Assembly (NCBI GenBank): GCA_951406725.2
Contig: OX597819.1
Coordinates: 33,790,001 to 33,854,000 of the forward strand
Length of the DNA stretch: 64,000 bases
Source of the DNA: Octopus vulgaris
Lineage: Eukaryota
Direction of reading: 5' to 3'
The first letter of the stretch is position 1. The number at the start of each line of letters is the position of its first letter. Position numbers and translations under genes: made by a program. The notes under the pieces were generated by a model, which had not been told where the DNA came from, did not search any database, and saw nothing but the letters and a program-made list of their open reading frames with translations. Positions 37,901-52,722 of this stretch are shown here, in pieces.

Positions 37901-38314
37901 AATAGAATGTTAATAATTCTTGTGTGGTGTGGTGTGTACTTGGTTTACCTTTTCAAACAGGGAAATTATCTATGACGAGAAAGATGAGAAGAAGTGATTT
38001 CTTTCTTTCATCCCATCTTTCTTTTGCAGACAGATATTTGAAGTCCAGATATCTCAGTCGGTTTAGAATTCTGATAGTTCTGTTATTCTATCTCTTCAAA
38101 ACCATAATGTCACTGCAGCACCCTTCTTTCACTCTTTCGCAAGAACTTCATATTTTTCAGTCTGCCATGCGGATAAGTTATTTTTAGAAATTTGTTTTCC
38201 TTTTTTGTTTTTGAAAGTAGGGGTACTACCCCCACGTCCCTACCACCACACACCGACCCCTCCTTTACTCAACTAACTGCTTAATTTCCTTCTTCCAACT
38301 CCGCTGGTATACAA

Positions 38315-38705
<391 letters not shown>

Positions 38706-39829
38706 ACACCCATATATATCCTTTCACCAGTTGATTTGACAAATATGTTGTCTGAGTGGCCATATTTATGTTGTTTCATATTTTTATTCTTCAATGCTTT
38801 TATTTGTTGCTGTTATTATTCGATGTTTGAATGTTTTCTTGTCTCACTATATTTCTATATTTCCCATCCTGAAGTTATACTCTTCATTTTTCTCTTCATT
38901 TTCAGATTCCAGCTGATAACATTTTTCAGGCAGTAACTGACTGCAGGATCTTTTAGTTGGGTCTGTTGTTGAGTTCTTTACATTTCTCCTTCATTCTTCA
39001 TTCTGTTTTCTCACACACTGCATTCCTCTTATCACAGTTTATTATCCCTGAAGGCAGTGGTTTCTGAAATATAGGTTAGGTAGAAGAGGAGGGGAACCAT
39101 CTTCTCCTCACCCATTTTTATATATAGGATGAAAGACTGGGTAGGAACTGACAGCCTCAACTCTAACAGCTCTGTGTTCAAACTCTACCAGACTCGGTGT
39201 GGCTTTGGACAAATGAATTATTTCTACTTTCTCCATTTTACTAAACTAACAAGTAATCCACTCTGTGGCCACTTGATATGCTAGAAATGATAACCATATC
39301 ATATCTGCCCTTAGCAGAGAAGGAGTGATGGTCAATTGGTTGTGATGCTGATGTGGATAATGGATGGGGAAATGATAGTCATATTGGTTTAATGGTGACG
39401 ATGATGATTGTAGTGGTGGTGAGAGGGAATGATGGTCCTGTTGGTAGTAACAATGTTTTGATGTTGATGATGGTGATGACAACAAATGGGATAATGATGA
39501 TGATGATGATGATGGCTGAGGTAAAAGTGATGGGGATTAAATGAAGCAAGCAAGGGAAGATAACTCCAACGATATTATATTAGATAATCCAAGTTTCAGG
39601 AAATACATACAATGCATGCAAGTGTGGATAATTGCCTCAAAAGCCAACATTAAAGCAACAAACTTATTTCAGTGCAGTTAGGTCTCATATGTGAAGCCAG
39701 TTCTCTTCTGTTGGCGTGACTTAAAGATGATCAAATTTAAATATAGGCAGAATGGACAATGACTGCTGCATAAAGAAGCATCAATCTCTAATTGTGGAGA
39801 GAACCTGCAGAAGGAGTAGACCTCGGAAG

Positions 39830-40394
39830 ATGTGGAACAAAGTGAGGAGAAAGGATCTTCAGACATTGGGCCTCACTGAGGGGAGCTGACAAGGGACCAG
39901 GACTTGTGGCGATTTGTTGTTCTTGAGAAGATATGTCAAGCTAAGTAAAATCGCATCCATCCATCTCTTCAGACATATCCTTTATGGCCATGCCTCCACT
40001 CTCTCTGCCAGTTGAGGGGTCTTTGTCTTGCAAGTCCCAGTGCCAAGTAAAATGTACTTATGTCAGTGCTACATACTATGCACTCGTGCCAGTGTCATGT
40101 AAAATGCACTTGTGCCAGTATCATGTGACATGAATATGTGCTGGTGCCATGTAAAAACACCTATGCAGGTAGCACATAAAAAAAAAAACCCAGCACACTC
40201 TGTAAAAAAGGGTTGGCATTAGGAAGGGCATTCACCTGTAGGAACTATGCTGGAACAGATAATTGGGGCCTGGACATCACTCTGGTTGGCCAGCTCCAGT
40301 CAAACTGCCCGTTCCAGGAAGTATCGAAAATGGACATTAAATGACAATGATGATGATGACGAAGATGATGATGATGATGATGATGACGATGACA

Positions 40395-40440
<46 letters not shown>

Positions 40441-40447
40441 CGATGAT
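39830..40447 (+). mobile_element. RTE 3' end: ORF terminus, repeat-rich 3' UTR and expanded (GAT)n tail
   Basis: LGLTE..TRDQDLWRFVVLEK matches the end of ORF 245..607, followed by ~27-bp GTGCCAGTGYCATGTAAAA repeats and AGGAAGGGCA. Confidence 0.75.
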
Positions 40448-41956
40448 AGGATGGGAGAGTAATTACACTGCTTATGACATGGAAGCCTCAAGACACAAGT
40501 GCTTTTAGACATGAATACCTTGAAGCACTGAAGACTTAAATTAACAAGGGAGTCTCGAGATATAGGAGCCTTAAGACATGAAAGCTTAAATGCATGTAAG
40601 GTTTGAAATACAGAAAACTCAAGACGCGGAATTCTTAAAAAATAGAGCCTTGAGTCTTAAGATATCAAACCTTCGAGACACAGGAGCCATGGATAATGAT
40701 GTGTAAGACAATATCCTGGCTTAAGCCAACATAGAGTCCTTATATGAGTGCTTGACTTGCAAGAAATATCAAGCAAGTCTCACTCAAACAATGCCCTACT
40801 TTTTTTAAAGAAGGAAAGAGATACTGGATAATGTACCCCCAGATACTCAATGTTTAAAAAATGATGGGATGGCCACAGCTGGAATGTTTTTGTTTTTCAA
40901 CACTACAACAACAACATTAATCTGATATCTGTTTATTTAAGTCTATTATGATGTCCTAATCAGCATCAAATGACATAACCAATCTGTCTCCCCATGACCA
41001 TCCCACCTGTATAATGGTATGTACCATTCTAATATATAAAATATAAACTGTGCGATACCTTTTAAATACAATGGGGAATTTGTAAAGAGAGATATATGGT
41101 CACTACTGAGTAGTGCGAGAGTTAAATGACATTCTGTTACTGAGTCATTTCAATTGTTTAAGCATACATCATGACAATCCAGCAGTGAGCATCCCAACTT
41201 TTATCTAGACATCATTTATCTAAGGCTACATTATACAATAGGTCCTAACTTTTTTTAAAGAATACTAAGGCATTATTTAGGTGAGATTTGGCTGCTGTTT
41301 GGAGAAAGCTGTGCAGCTATACAGAGCTGCTGAGATGTGAAGGTTGCATTATTGGTTTGTCTGCTATATTGATGGTATTTGTCTACTTGAGGCTGAGTTA
41401 CTGAGCTTTAGTCACAGAGAGATATAATTGTTGGTGTGAGTTAATTCCAGATCAGCCCTGACTGAAGTCTTTCATCATTGTTTAACATCTGTTTTCCATG
41501 CTGGCATGGGTTGGACAGTTTGACAGGAGCTGGTAAGCTAAAAATTTGCCTGGGCACTATGTCTGTTTCTACAAAGAAAAACAGACATGGAGCCCAAGTA
41601 ACTCTTCAGCTGGTTAGCTCCTGTCAAACCGTCCAACCCATGCCAAAGACACTCCAGACATGAGCAACCATGGTAAGTAAATCAATATGATGAGTTACTG
41701 AGTACAAGGTAAGTCATAACAGGGTAACATTGTGAATAAGGTTTCATTGAACACAAGTCAATCATTGAGTACTAGTTAAGCAAATAAGTGAGTACAAGGC
41801 AAATAATTGAGTACATAGAGTAACTAAGTACATCTTATTGAGTACAATATAAATTATTGCACACAAAGTAAGCAGGTCACTGAGTACAGGGTAAGTCATT
41901 GAGTACTGGTATGTTAGTTAAGTCAGTGACTCAGTTTCACGTTCCAGTTGAAGCTC

Positions 41957-42613
41957 ATTTTAGCATATAAACTGGTCATATCCAGCCCAAATAGCTACCA
42001 GTTTGATGCTTTAAACTGACCTTATCTGGCCCAAATAACTACTGATTTTATGTTTTAAACTGACCATATATGGCCTCTAACACACTACCCTACAATGTTA
42101 TTCTCAGAATAAACAGTCACCTCGTCAAAATCTTGTGGCTGTGAGGTAAGTAGCTTGCTAACCAACCACATGGTTCCGGGTTCAGTTCCACTGTGTGGCA
42201 TCTTGAGCGAAGTGTCTTCTGCTATAGCCCCGGGCCGACCATTGCCTTGTGAGTGGATTTGGTAGACGGAAATTGAAAGAAGCCTGTCGTATTTATGTAT
42301 ATATATGTGTGTGCGTGTATGTTTGTGTGTCTGTGTTTGTTCCCCTAGCATTGCTTGACAACCAATGCTGGTGTGTTTACGTCCCCGTCACTTAGCGGTT
42401 CGGCAAAAGCGACTGATAGAATAAGTACTGGGCTTAGAAAGAATAAGTCCCGGGGTCGAGTTGCTCGATTAAAGGTGGTGATCCAGCATGGCCGCAGTCA
42501 AATGACTGAAACAAGTAAAAGAGTAAAAGATTATGTGAGATAATGCAGGATTAATTCAAAACTGTGAATAAATAAGCATTACATTTGTTAGAGTAATTCT
42601 GAATGCTAAAGGG
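41957..42613 (+). mobile_element. piggyBac MITE interrupted by SINE B (42136-42530)
   Basis: Both halves match 7944-8164; ends CTAAAGGG. Confidence 0.75.
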
Positions 42614-43303
42614 TTGAACTGTCCAACACTTAGTGAGGCAAAGCAGCATGACGGTCACAACATCCCATCTTTGTTATCAAATATGTACATGAGGCAGTGA
42701 GCAAGCAGAAATATTTGTGCTTAGTTAACAAAATATTTCCTAGCATTTAATCTTGCATTTGTAGTTTGTTTTGTCCTCCTTTTGTTTTTCTGAACAAATT
42801 AAACTCAAATCTATTTTCTGTTTGATCTGTCCACAATCAACAAAATGCCTACCCGTCAAATTTTTAATAAGAGGTCAATGTAATTAATTATACCTAACAA
42901 CATTATGCTGGCATATTTGTATCAAATGAAGAAATCCTTATTATTGAATACTTCAAGAATATGGTTTGTTTGAATATTATGAACATATAAATATCAAAAA
43001 TAAAATTTGAAAAATAAATTTAGATTTAAATAAAATGTCACTGGCACCAGAACCAGCAGCAGTAGTAGCAGACTGCAGTTTCATACAGTAATCAGTAAAC
43101 AGATTTTGTTATTGTTTTCTTCATTCGTTAATGAAATAACAACAACAATAACAACAGCAATAAAGTCACTTTGTATTAATTATATTGTTAATGCTATCTT
43201 TATCTTCTTGAGCAGTTACACACAGAGACAAGGTTAAAACGAAATTTGTCTTGCTAGAAAATCAAATCAAATTTGACAGTCTCAAAATTGAAAATTAAGA
43301 CAG

Positions 43304-43361
<58 letters not shown>

Positions 43362-43677
43362 ATGTGTGTGTGTGTATGCATATATGCATGCATGAATATA
43401 TATATGTATGTATATATGCATGTGGGTGTGTATATAAACTGAGAAAAGGCAAAGTAAGAATGCTAATCAAAGAATTGTTAATCCAGAAGAAGGCAGACCT
43501 GGAATTATGATTAATATCGAAAAGAAAATGGTAAATAAAGAAATGTATGAATATATAAAAGATTAACTAAAACATGTAGAACTGAAGGTATGAAGAAGTA
43601 AATTGAATTCTGGTAAAATTTGTAGTATTAAGTTTAAAAGTTGTAATTAACTGATGAAAAATCCATGGAGTAATTTG

Positions 43678-43722
<45 letters not shown>

Positions 43723-43985
43723 AACATAAATACTGAGGCAAATATAGATAGAAAAAGAAGAGGAGTCATTCACATACATATCCACACACACAATCACACA
43801 TACACGCATGCATGTAAGCGTATATGTATATCATTGTAATTATATAAAAGAATATATATGTATATGAATATATGTACAATGTACATGTGTGTGTGTATGT
43901 ATATATATATATATATATCTTTGTATGTACGTAACTGTATATATATGCATAATATGAATATTTAAGTACATATATATATATATAT

Positions 43986-44032
<47 letters not shown>

Positions 44033-44094
44033 TAGATATATAGATATATATATATATGTATATATATCTTTGTGAGTAAATGAATACACGTAAA

Positions 44095-44142
<48 letters not shown>

Positions 44143-44252
44143 TATATATATAAATAAAGTCCTTAATCAGGCCACTAAGAAGATCAGTCACACATTAAAG
44201 AAATCAATACAAATAAATATACAAATATTAGTTTTCTAAACAGAAATATAAA

Positions 44253-44288
<36 letters not shown>

Positions 44289-44844
44289 GAGGTATAATTT
44301 ATTTAGCTGAAGTTATCTTTATATGTTACTCAAACATTTTTGTCTGCATTAATTCCTACTAATATTATTAATTTCTCTTTTCTATGTTTTCGGAATGTTT
44401 GTGATCTAAAAAGTTGGCTACGTATGAAAAGATGGTATAACTATAGATATGGCATAAACTGAATTATACTTTACAACTTGTATTGAGTACTATTCTTCCT
44501 GTTTATTATAATCAATGATGAACTAAGTACCAGTTGAGCACTGAGGCTGATGTAATCAACTAGCTCCTTCCTCACAAAAATTTCAGGCCTTGTGGCTATA
44601 ACTATCAATTATAATCAATTCATATATATAGTGTGTGTGGAGGCACATGTCTTAGTCCTTAGAGTGTTGCACTCATGATTGCAAGAGTGTAATTTCAATT
44701 CTTGCACTTAGCAGTGTGCTGTGTTCTTGAGCAAAACACTTCACATTGCTTCAGTCAACTCAGCTGCCAGAAATGAGTATCCTGTGATGGATTTGCATCC
44801 TGTCCAAGTGGAGAATATATATATATGTCTTATGAGTCTATGTT

Positions 44845-45200
44845 AGGGTATAGTGCCAAGGACTCCAAATTTGCCATCAAGATATAGGACAAGATACTGC
44901 AATAGCCTGGGCTTCAGAGGTCCACAGCTCTTCAATATCCTCCCAAAGGACCTGAGAGACCTTCATGGGGTGGATGTAGGTGTCTTCAAAATAAAGCTGG
45001 ACCTCTTACTATCAAGGGTCCCAGATGAGCCAACTTCGCGGCTGGAGGTACAGATGAGGGCAGTGGCATCAAACTCCCTCATGCACCAAATGTCAATTCC
45101 TAAAAAGCATTTGTGAAGTAAAATTATGTAGCAACACCAAATGGCGGTGCCCCAGCATGGCCACAGCTCGTGAGCTGAAACTAGATATAATATAAATAAA
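44845..45200 (+). mobile_element. CR1-like LINE 3' end (ORF2 C-terminus plus 3' UTR)
   Basis: NSLGFRGPQLFNILPKDLRDL..VFKIKLDLLLSRVPDEP; stop at 45116; short UTR and AT-rich tail. Confidence 0.8.
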
Positions 45201-45857
45201 TATATATATATATATATACATATATAGTGAAAAGGCGACAAAAAATACAACATACAGATGAGATAAAATGTAAACACAGAACCACTATTAGTTCGACACT
45301 CAGGAAATGGAAGGAGGGAGGGAGGATATGTCTTTAATATTTTGAGTATATACTCTTCTTCTGAAAAATAGGATTGAGATAGAGAGAAAAGAATGTAGTA
45401 GGAAAACAGGAGAAATAGAAATGCATGTATATCCAACCATTACAGTTGCAGATATCTGTACATATACAGACACACACTTGCAAATACATATAAAGAGAAT
45501 GGGGAAAATAAATGAAGAGTGATAGAGGTAAAGAGAGACAGAACTTAAAACATATTGTGAAAGGTAAGTAGATGAAATAAACGAAAACATCAGAAACTTG
45601 AAAAAGTGTACACATATATTCAAACACCCTTGCATTCCTATACTGCAGCAACAATAAAAACAACAACAAGGCACACTATATTTTGAAACATAAAGGAAGA
45701 ATCCAGTTTGAACAACAAGAGTCCAAATGAATTAGCATATACTAAATGTTGTTATTATTGATGTTGTAGAACACTGAAAGGATTTTGTTTCGTGTGGTAG
45801 ATTAGGTTTTATCCAAAAGTCTATCCTCACAACTGATTATCAACAGTGGTAGACCAA

Positions 45858-46090
45858 GGTGGCAAGCTGGCAGAAACGTTAGCACACTGGGCGAAATGCA
45901 TAGCCATATATATCATCTGCCGTTACGTTCTGAGTTCAAATTCTGCCAAGGTCGACTTTGCCTTTCATCCTTTCGGGGTCAATAAATTAAGTACCAGTTA
46001 TGCACGGGGGTCAATGTAATTGACTTAAACCATTTGTCTGTCCTTGTTTGTCCCCTCTGTGTTTAGCCCCTTGTGGGTAGTAAAGAAATA
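45858..46090 (+). mobile_element. SINE family A
   Basis: TSD GGTAGACCAA/GGTAAACCAA. Confidence 0.9.
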
Positions 46091-46529
46091 GGTAAACCAA
46101 ATATGATGACCTGAGAAAATAGATATACCATATACCAAAGATATTACTGGTACTACTGAGACAATGTTGCAATCTTATATAAGCAGATTGGGTCAACATT
46201 AAATAATGGGGCAATCCCCCCACAAACATTCATTCAATAGGTTTGCTGTTGAATTATATGTCCTTTGTCACCTATGACAATGAGGCACCACATATTGTCA
46301 ATCTGCCAGCTAAAAATAGCAGTCAAATGTCCTTAAAATTACAAACTACCATTTAACAATAAGACTGGATGGGCATGGCTCAAAGATCTTTGACCTGAGA
46401 TCAGCTCGATATGGACTGATGTGAGGCTAAACAAGAATTTACAAGAATTTTTGTAATAAACAAGAATTCCCTGTTCCATCATCTTACAGTTTATAAACAA
46501 ATTCTAGCTCAGCCCACAACTGTGTGGGT

Positions 46530-46575
<46 letters not shown>

Positions 46576-47429
46576 AAAAGAGAGAGAGAGAATCTAAGAA
46601 TGAGTGCGTACCAAATGACTGACTGATTTCTATTAACTTAGTGGCATTTATTGATAAACCAAAATTCTCCATCACATTTAAAAAAAATATTTAAATAAAA
46701 AAAGACAATTTGGCAAAAATTTAGGACAGTTAACATGTGATACTTTTCTTAAAAGAAAATATTCCAGTTTTGTAATTGGCATAACTGGAATATTACTCAA
46801 CCACATTGATAAATTAGTTATATGGATAAACATAGGTATGTTCCAAAAATTGATAATAACAAAACCTATAAATAGGGTATTCTCACATAGCATTTGTTAA
46901 TGTTGAACATTTCATGTGTATTATCCAAGATGTATTTGATTGTTTATAAAGTAGAGTAATAGGTGGGAGGTGAGGGTTTATGTGTTGGAACATAATTTAT
47001 ATGTTACATTAATAGGAAAAGTGTTCATACAATACAAATAATGGAAACAAGATGAATCAGCGTAATATGAAATGTAAGGAAAGTTTCTGTTAACAACTCA
47101 GCACGGGGTGGGAGGCTACGTTTTTTTTATGTACTAAGAAAATATTCAGGGGCCATGATGTGTCTTCTTTGATTATCCTCAATAGAATATACAGCTGTGA
47201 GAAGACCTACAAGAAGTGTGTGACACAACTCAACTCAAAACACTCTGAATTTTGGCATTCAATTTGGCTGTATTTATAGGCCCTGCCCATGGAAAGTTCT
47301 AGTCAGACCACCAAACTATTATGTGAACAACAGCCATTCATTGGATAAAATCTCAGTTGTACACATGTTCAAACTATGACTGAATTGTGGATTGAGATTC
47401 ATATGTGGAGAGAAACAGGATTGAATCCA

Positions 47430-47615
47430 ATGCTGGTGGTATGTAAAAAAACACTCAACATGCTCTGCTAAGTGGTTGGCATTAGGAAGGGCATCCAGCC
47501 ATAGAAACCACGTCACAACAGAGAGATGGAGTTTGGACAGCATCCAGGTAACCAGCTCCATGTCAAACTGTCCAACCCAAGCCAGCATGGAGAGCAGATG
47601 ATGATGATGATGATG
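47430..47615 (+). mobile_element. RTE 3' UTR fragment
   Basis: Homologous to 11070-11402. Confidence 0.7.
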
Positions 47616-47776
47616 ATAAAAGAAAATATAGGTTCTAGAAAGTCAGCCTGTTGAGGTTGGCAAGTGGAGGTTCAAGGAAAAGGTCTACCAAAATGAAGAA
47701 GTATGATTCTTTTTTTAAATTCATTAAATATGGTATTTAATTATTTGAATTGTAAAAAACGCAAAAAATCTCTACA

Positions 47777-48188
47777 GGCGCAGGAGTGGCTGTGTGGTAA
47801 GTAGCTTGCTTACCAATTACATGGTTCTGGGTTCAGTCCCACTGCATGGCACATTGGGCAAGTGTCTTCTACTATAACTTCAGGCTGACCAAAGCTTTGT
47901 GAGTGGATTTGGTAGACGGAAACTGAAAGAAGCCCATCGTATATATGTATATGTATATATATATGTGTGTGTGTTTGTGAGTTTGTGTTTGTCCCCCCCC
48001 CCAACAATGCTTGACAACCGATGCTGGCGTGTTTGCGTCCCCGTAACTTAGTGGTTCGGCAAAAGAGGCCGATAGAATAAGTACTAGGCTTACAAAGAAT
48101 AAGTCCTAGGGTCGATTTCCTCAACTAAAGGCAGTGCTCCAGCATGGCCACAGTCAAATGACTGAAACAAGTAAAAGAGTAAAAGAGA
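47777..48188 (+). mobile_element. SINE family B
   Basis: Homology to family B. Confidence 0.9.
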
Positions 48189-48454
48189 GTCTAGATGTAT
48201 TTCTCAAACTGTAAGTAAATAATACAAGTTAGTGGAAAAGGTAAAAACTGATCTCAAGATCAGATAGGAAGGAGGGTGAGATATTGAAACTCATAAAAAG
48301 GATGACAAAAGCAGTAAGTGGTAAGACGTTGTGTTGGAAAGGTTGCTGACCAGACCAATGCAAGTATGGAAAAGCAGACGTAACAAACATTACTAACCAT
48401 TATATAAAATGTGGAGGTATGGGATGAGTCTGTATGACTTGGGACAAATTTCAT

Positions 48455-48720
48455 TATCATCACCATCATCATTTAACGTCCTTTTTCCATGCTGACATGG
48501 GTTGGATGGTTTTACAGGAGCTGACCAGCTGAAGAACTGTTCAGAATTCCTGTTTGTTTTGGTATGGGTTCTGCAGTTGGATGCCCTTCCTAACAGCAAC
48601 ACCTTTACAAAGTGTACTGGATGCTGTTACACAGCTCCAGCATGGGTACTTTTTACATGGTACAAGCACATACAAGCCCACTGACACCAGCACCTACAAG
48701 CCTGCTGGCACCAGTATCTA
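48455..48720 (-). mobile_element. RTE 3' UTR fragment
   Basis: Reverse-complement homology to 11070-11402. Confidence 0.7.
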
Positions 48721-48762
48721 CAAGTCATTATATAAAATAAGAAACCATTATTCTTAACTAGA

Positions 48763-48812
<50 letters not shown>

Positions 48813-49089
48813 GCTAGTACATGCTAATTTAATTAGCAGGAATTATATTTAGAGGTCTGATGACAAGTCTCCTCAAATCTCAAGAATCTCTCTTTGCATT
48901 CTGTTCCGATTTCTTTCAGTTTTAGGTACCATTTGGGATGCTGTGCCAAGTGTGCCAATTATTACAGGAATAATTGTCATCTTAGTCTTCCACAGTCTCT
49001 TCAACTCTCTGATCCTGATATTTTTCAATTTTTCAACTTCTATCATATTGACTCTGCTATCATAGAGAATTACAAAATCAATGATCTTT

Positions 49090-49527
<438 letters not shown>

Positions 49528-49906
49528 TCAATGATCTTTTATTTATTTTGTCCTTTATAATCATATCAGGTCTTCTTGTTTCAAACGTATGGTCAGTCTT
49601 TATGGAGGAAGTCCCATAAAATCTTGGAATTCTCACTTCCTATCACAGTGTCTGATTTGTGCTCATAACACCTTTCTGTGGTTAACATCCCAAAGCACTC
49701 TTCTACCAAGACAGTTATGCACACACTTAAGCACAAGGCTTCAAATGTCTGAGATAGATCCTGCTAAATACATTAACTTTCAGTATTTGATTGGTACTTC
49801 ATCTTATCGACACCAAAAAGATGAAAGGCAAAGTTGATTTCAGCAGGACTTGAACTCTGAATGTCAAGGGCCATAACTAAATACTATAAGGCTTTGTGTT
49901 TGATGC

Positions 49907-49955
<49 letters not shown>

Positions 49956-51533
49956 CCAACAACAACACATGTGGTTCACAATTGTAAGCTGCACGAGATT
50001 GAAATCAATAGACACATGATTTTTCTGTGTAAACTCACTTGGAATTGAAATGATAAATATAAAAGTCACATGAGAATTTCAATAAAGAAATAAATATGTA
50101 TCTGATTCTTAATGATATGGAATGTAGAAAAATGGGATATAAAAAAAAATAAACAAGAAGAACATTTAATGAGGAACCAATTTAATAGATTTAAAGCTCC
50201 CAAATAAAGTGTTCCTCACTCAGCGAACAGTAATAAATCATAAATATGGAGCATCAAAAATCTAAATGATGCACCTGTTATTAATATATGTACAGAGCAA
50301 ATATCGAAGTAGTTTGATGAAAAGAACATAGGAATTACAGCAGCAGCAGCAACAACAATAACTACCTACTACTACTATCACTACAAAAATAAGTATGATG
50401 ACAAAGAGAAACGAACAAACAGATAATGAAAATTATTAAAGAAAAGTAAATATTGTTCCGATGGGGATTGCAGGAAATATGGTTAGTCTTTGTATCCAAC
50501 ACTGCCAACCTCAATCATTAACAGAACAGCTAATATGAATTTTTAGTAATAAGTTTATGATAATGATTGTTTGCTTGAAAATATGTGGCTGTGATCTGAA
50601 AGCGAGTGCGTGATGTGTATGCATGTGTGTGCATGTGTATAGATAGATATAAATGCACATACACACACACACACACACACACACGCATATATATGGAGAG
50701 AGAAAGGATGGTGAGAAAAAAATCAGAGCTTGACATAAAACCTTTGGCATCAAAGAGATGGAAAGAGAATGTCAGGATTTTTGTTTTGTTACACATATTT
50801 TTATTCTTTTTGTAGAGGCTTAATTTTTGTTAATTTTAACTGTTTACGATACTACTATAGCCCTTAATTATTGTTGTAGTTGTAGCTGTAGTTGTTGTTG
50901 CTACTTTATAACTGGATTGTTTCTGATTTACAATCAGGATAGATAAAGATTTCAATATAAAAACATGATTATTTCCTCCTATAATTAAAATATAAACTTG
51001 TTATGATACAGTTGATATAAGAGCGGAAAACGGGAAGTAGCTTAGTTTGTTACACTGAAAGTAGTGCAAATTTTATTTATTTTGATAACGATAAAAACGC
51101 CAACGTTAATATTATAATGACTACACAATGATAAGTTTGCATCGAATATACATCAAACTGATTAAATGAGAATAAAGTTAACACAAGAGCATGTTGATAT
51201 ATGCTACTCACATACACACAAAGCAATATCTTTACACACATGCATACACCATTATCACTAGTATCCTCATCATCATAATGTCGAGGTTCACTTTGCCATT
51301 CATCCTTTTTTGAGTTGATAAAATAAGTTGAACACTGGAATTGATGTAAAGACTGGCTTCCTGCCACCCCAAATTTCAGGCCTTGAGTCTATAGTAGAAA
51401 GGGTTGTTATGGCTGAGTGATTAGGGTGCTACACTCACAATTGCAATGTCATGGTTTCAATTCCTAGACAGGGTGGTGTGTTGTGTTATTGAGAGCAAAT
51501 CACTTCATCTCACATTGCTCTGCAATCACTTTG

Positions 51534-51840
51534 TTGTTTTGTTTGTTCCTTCCCGAGTCATGCCTGGCTCATAAGGGCCAGTTTCCCAGTTTCTTGATGT
51601 ATAGGTTCCCCACCTGGATGGGACGCCAATCCTTCACAGGTGAGCTGCAAGATGCAGGAGGAAAGGGTGAGAGAAAGTTGTGGAGAAAGTGTCAGCAGAA
51701 TTTCGCCATTACCTTCTGCCGGAGCCGCGTGGAGCTTAGGTGTTTCACTCATAAACACACACATCGTCCGGTCTGAGATTCGAACCCATGATCCCTCGAC
51801 CGCTAATCCGCTGCTCTAACCACTTGGCCATGTGCCTCCA
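51534..51840 (-). mobile_element. SINE C-related family (same head, different tail) nested in a SINE D-like copy (51405-51900)
   Basis: 16-bp TSD CTCTGCAATCACTTTG at 51518-51533 and 51841-51856. Confidence 0.85.
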
Positions 51841-52176
51841 CTCTGCAATCACTTTGACCCCTGATGTGTGTATCACACATCAGGGATCGACCATGCAACA
51901 TCAGCAATATTGTTGTTGTTGTTATTATTGTCAGCAGCAGCAGCAGCAGTGAGTTGGCAGAATCATTATTGTGCCAGAAAATCTGTTTAGTAGCATTTCT
52001 ACCAACTTCACATTCTGAGTTCAAATGTTTCTGGAGTCAACTTCGCTTTTCACTATTTCAGGTTCGATAAAATAAGTACCAGTTGAACACTGGGGCCAAA
52101 TGTTATAGACTCACCCCATACCCTGAACTTGCTGGCCATGTGCTTTTAGTAGGAAGGATTATCATTTATTATTATT

Positions 52177-52722
52177 GAGTGAGGGAGCAGTGCATGCCAT
52201 CAATGTGATACTGGAGTACAAATATACAAAGCTCAGTATACTCATCATGATTACCCAAATGATAAGGGTGCACCTGGCACATGCATCACAACCATATGTG
52301 CATGACATGATGATCTCATATCAAAGCAAACAGTGCATGACCTTGCAGGTGGAACCCATTTAGAATTTCCTTCAGGCTGAGTAGCCCATCCCACTCAAAA
52401 GTTCCCTGTATAATGGTTGTTTAAGGATGTTGAACAAAACGCCAATGTTTCCAAAGGTGAATTATTCAAACCCCAAAGAATTCTTCTTAACACATGGCTG
52501 TGATGCTCCCCAACTACTTCTGCTCATGATCAGAGATGCACATATCATCAGTCACCAAGGACATGCTCAACTAGTTATGGTCAAGCAACAAATCTGTTGT
52601 ACTGAGCAGAATATTTGCAGTAGCCTATCTTTTACACTGAGATAAAACATGTACGTGGTAACACTTTCAATCAGTCAAGATCATATGCCAAGAGAGCCAG
52701 TGCCTGGCACTGCATCATGGCA
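52177..52722 (-). mobile_element. (TAA)n-associated non-autonomous element, full length
   Basis: (TTA)n on both sides; homology to the family. Confidence 0.85.

Noticed and set aside
50170-50218. TGAGGAAC...GTTCCTCA inverted repeat as a miRNA hairpin
   Set aside because: Only 8 bp pair well; the inner region does not.
51015-51110. CpG-containing ETS-like motifs (GCGGAAAACGGGAAGT); also YY1-like GCGGCCATCTT near 32570
   Set aside because: Short motifs expected by chance; no linked TSS or exon evidence.
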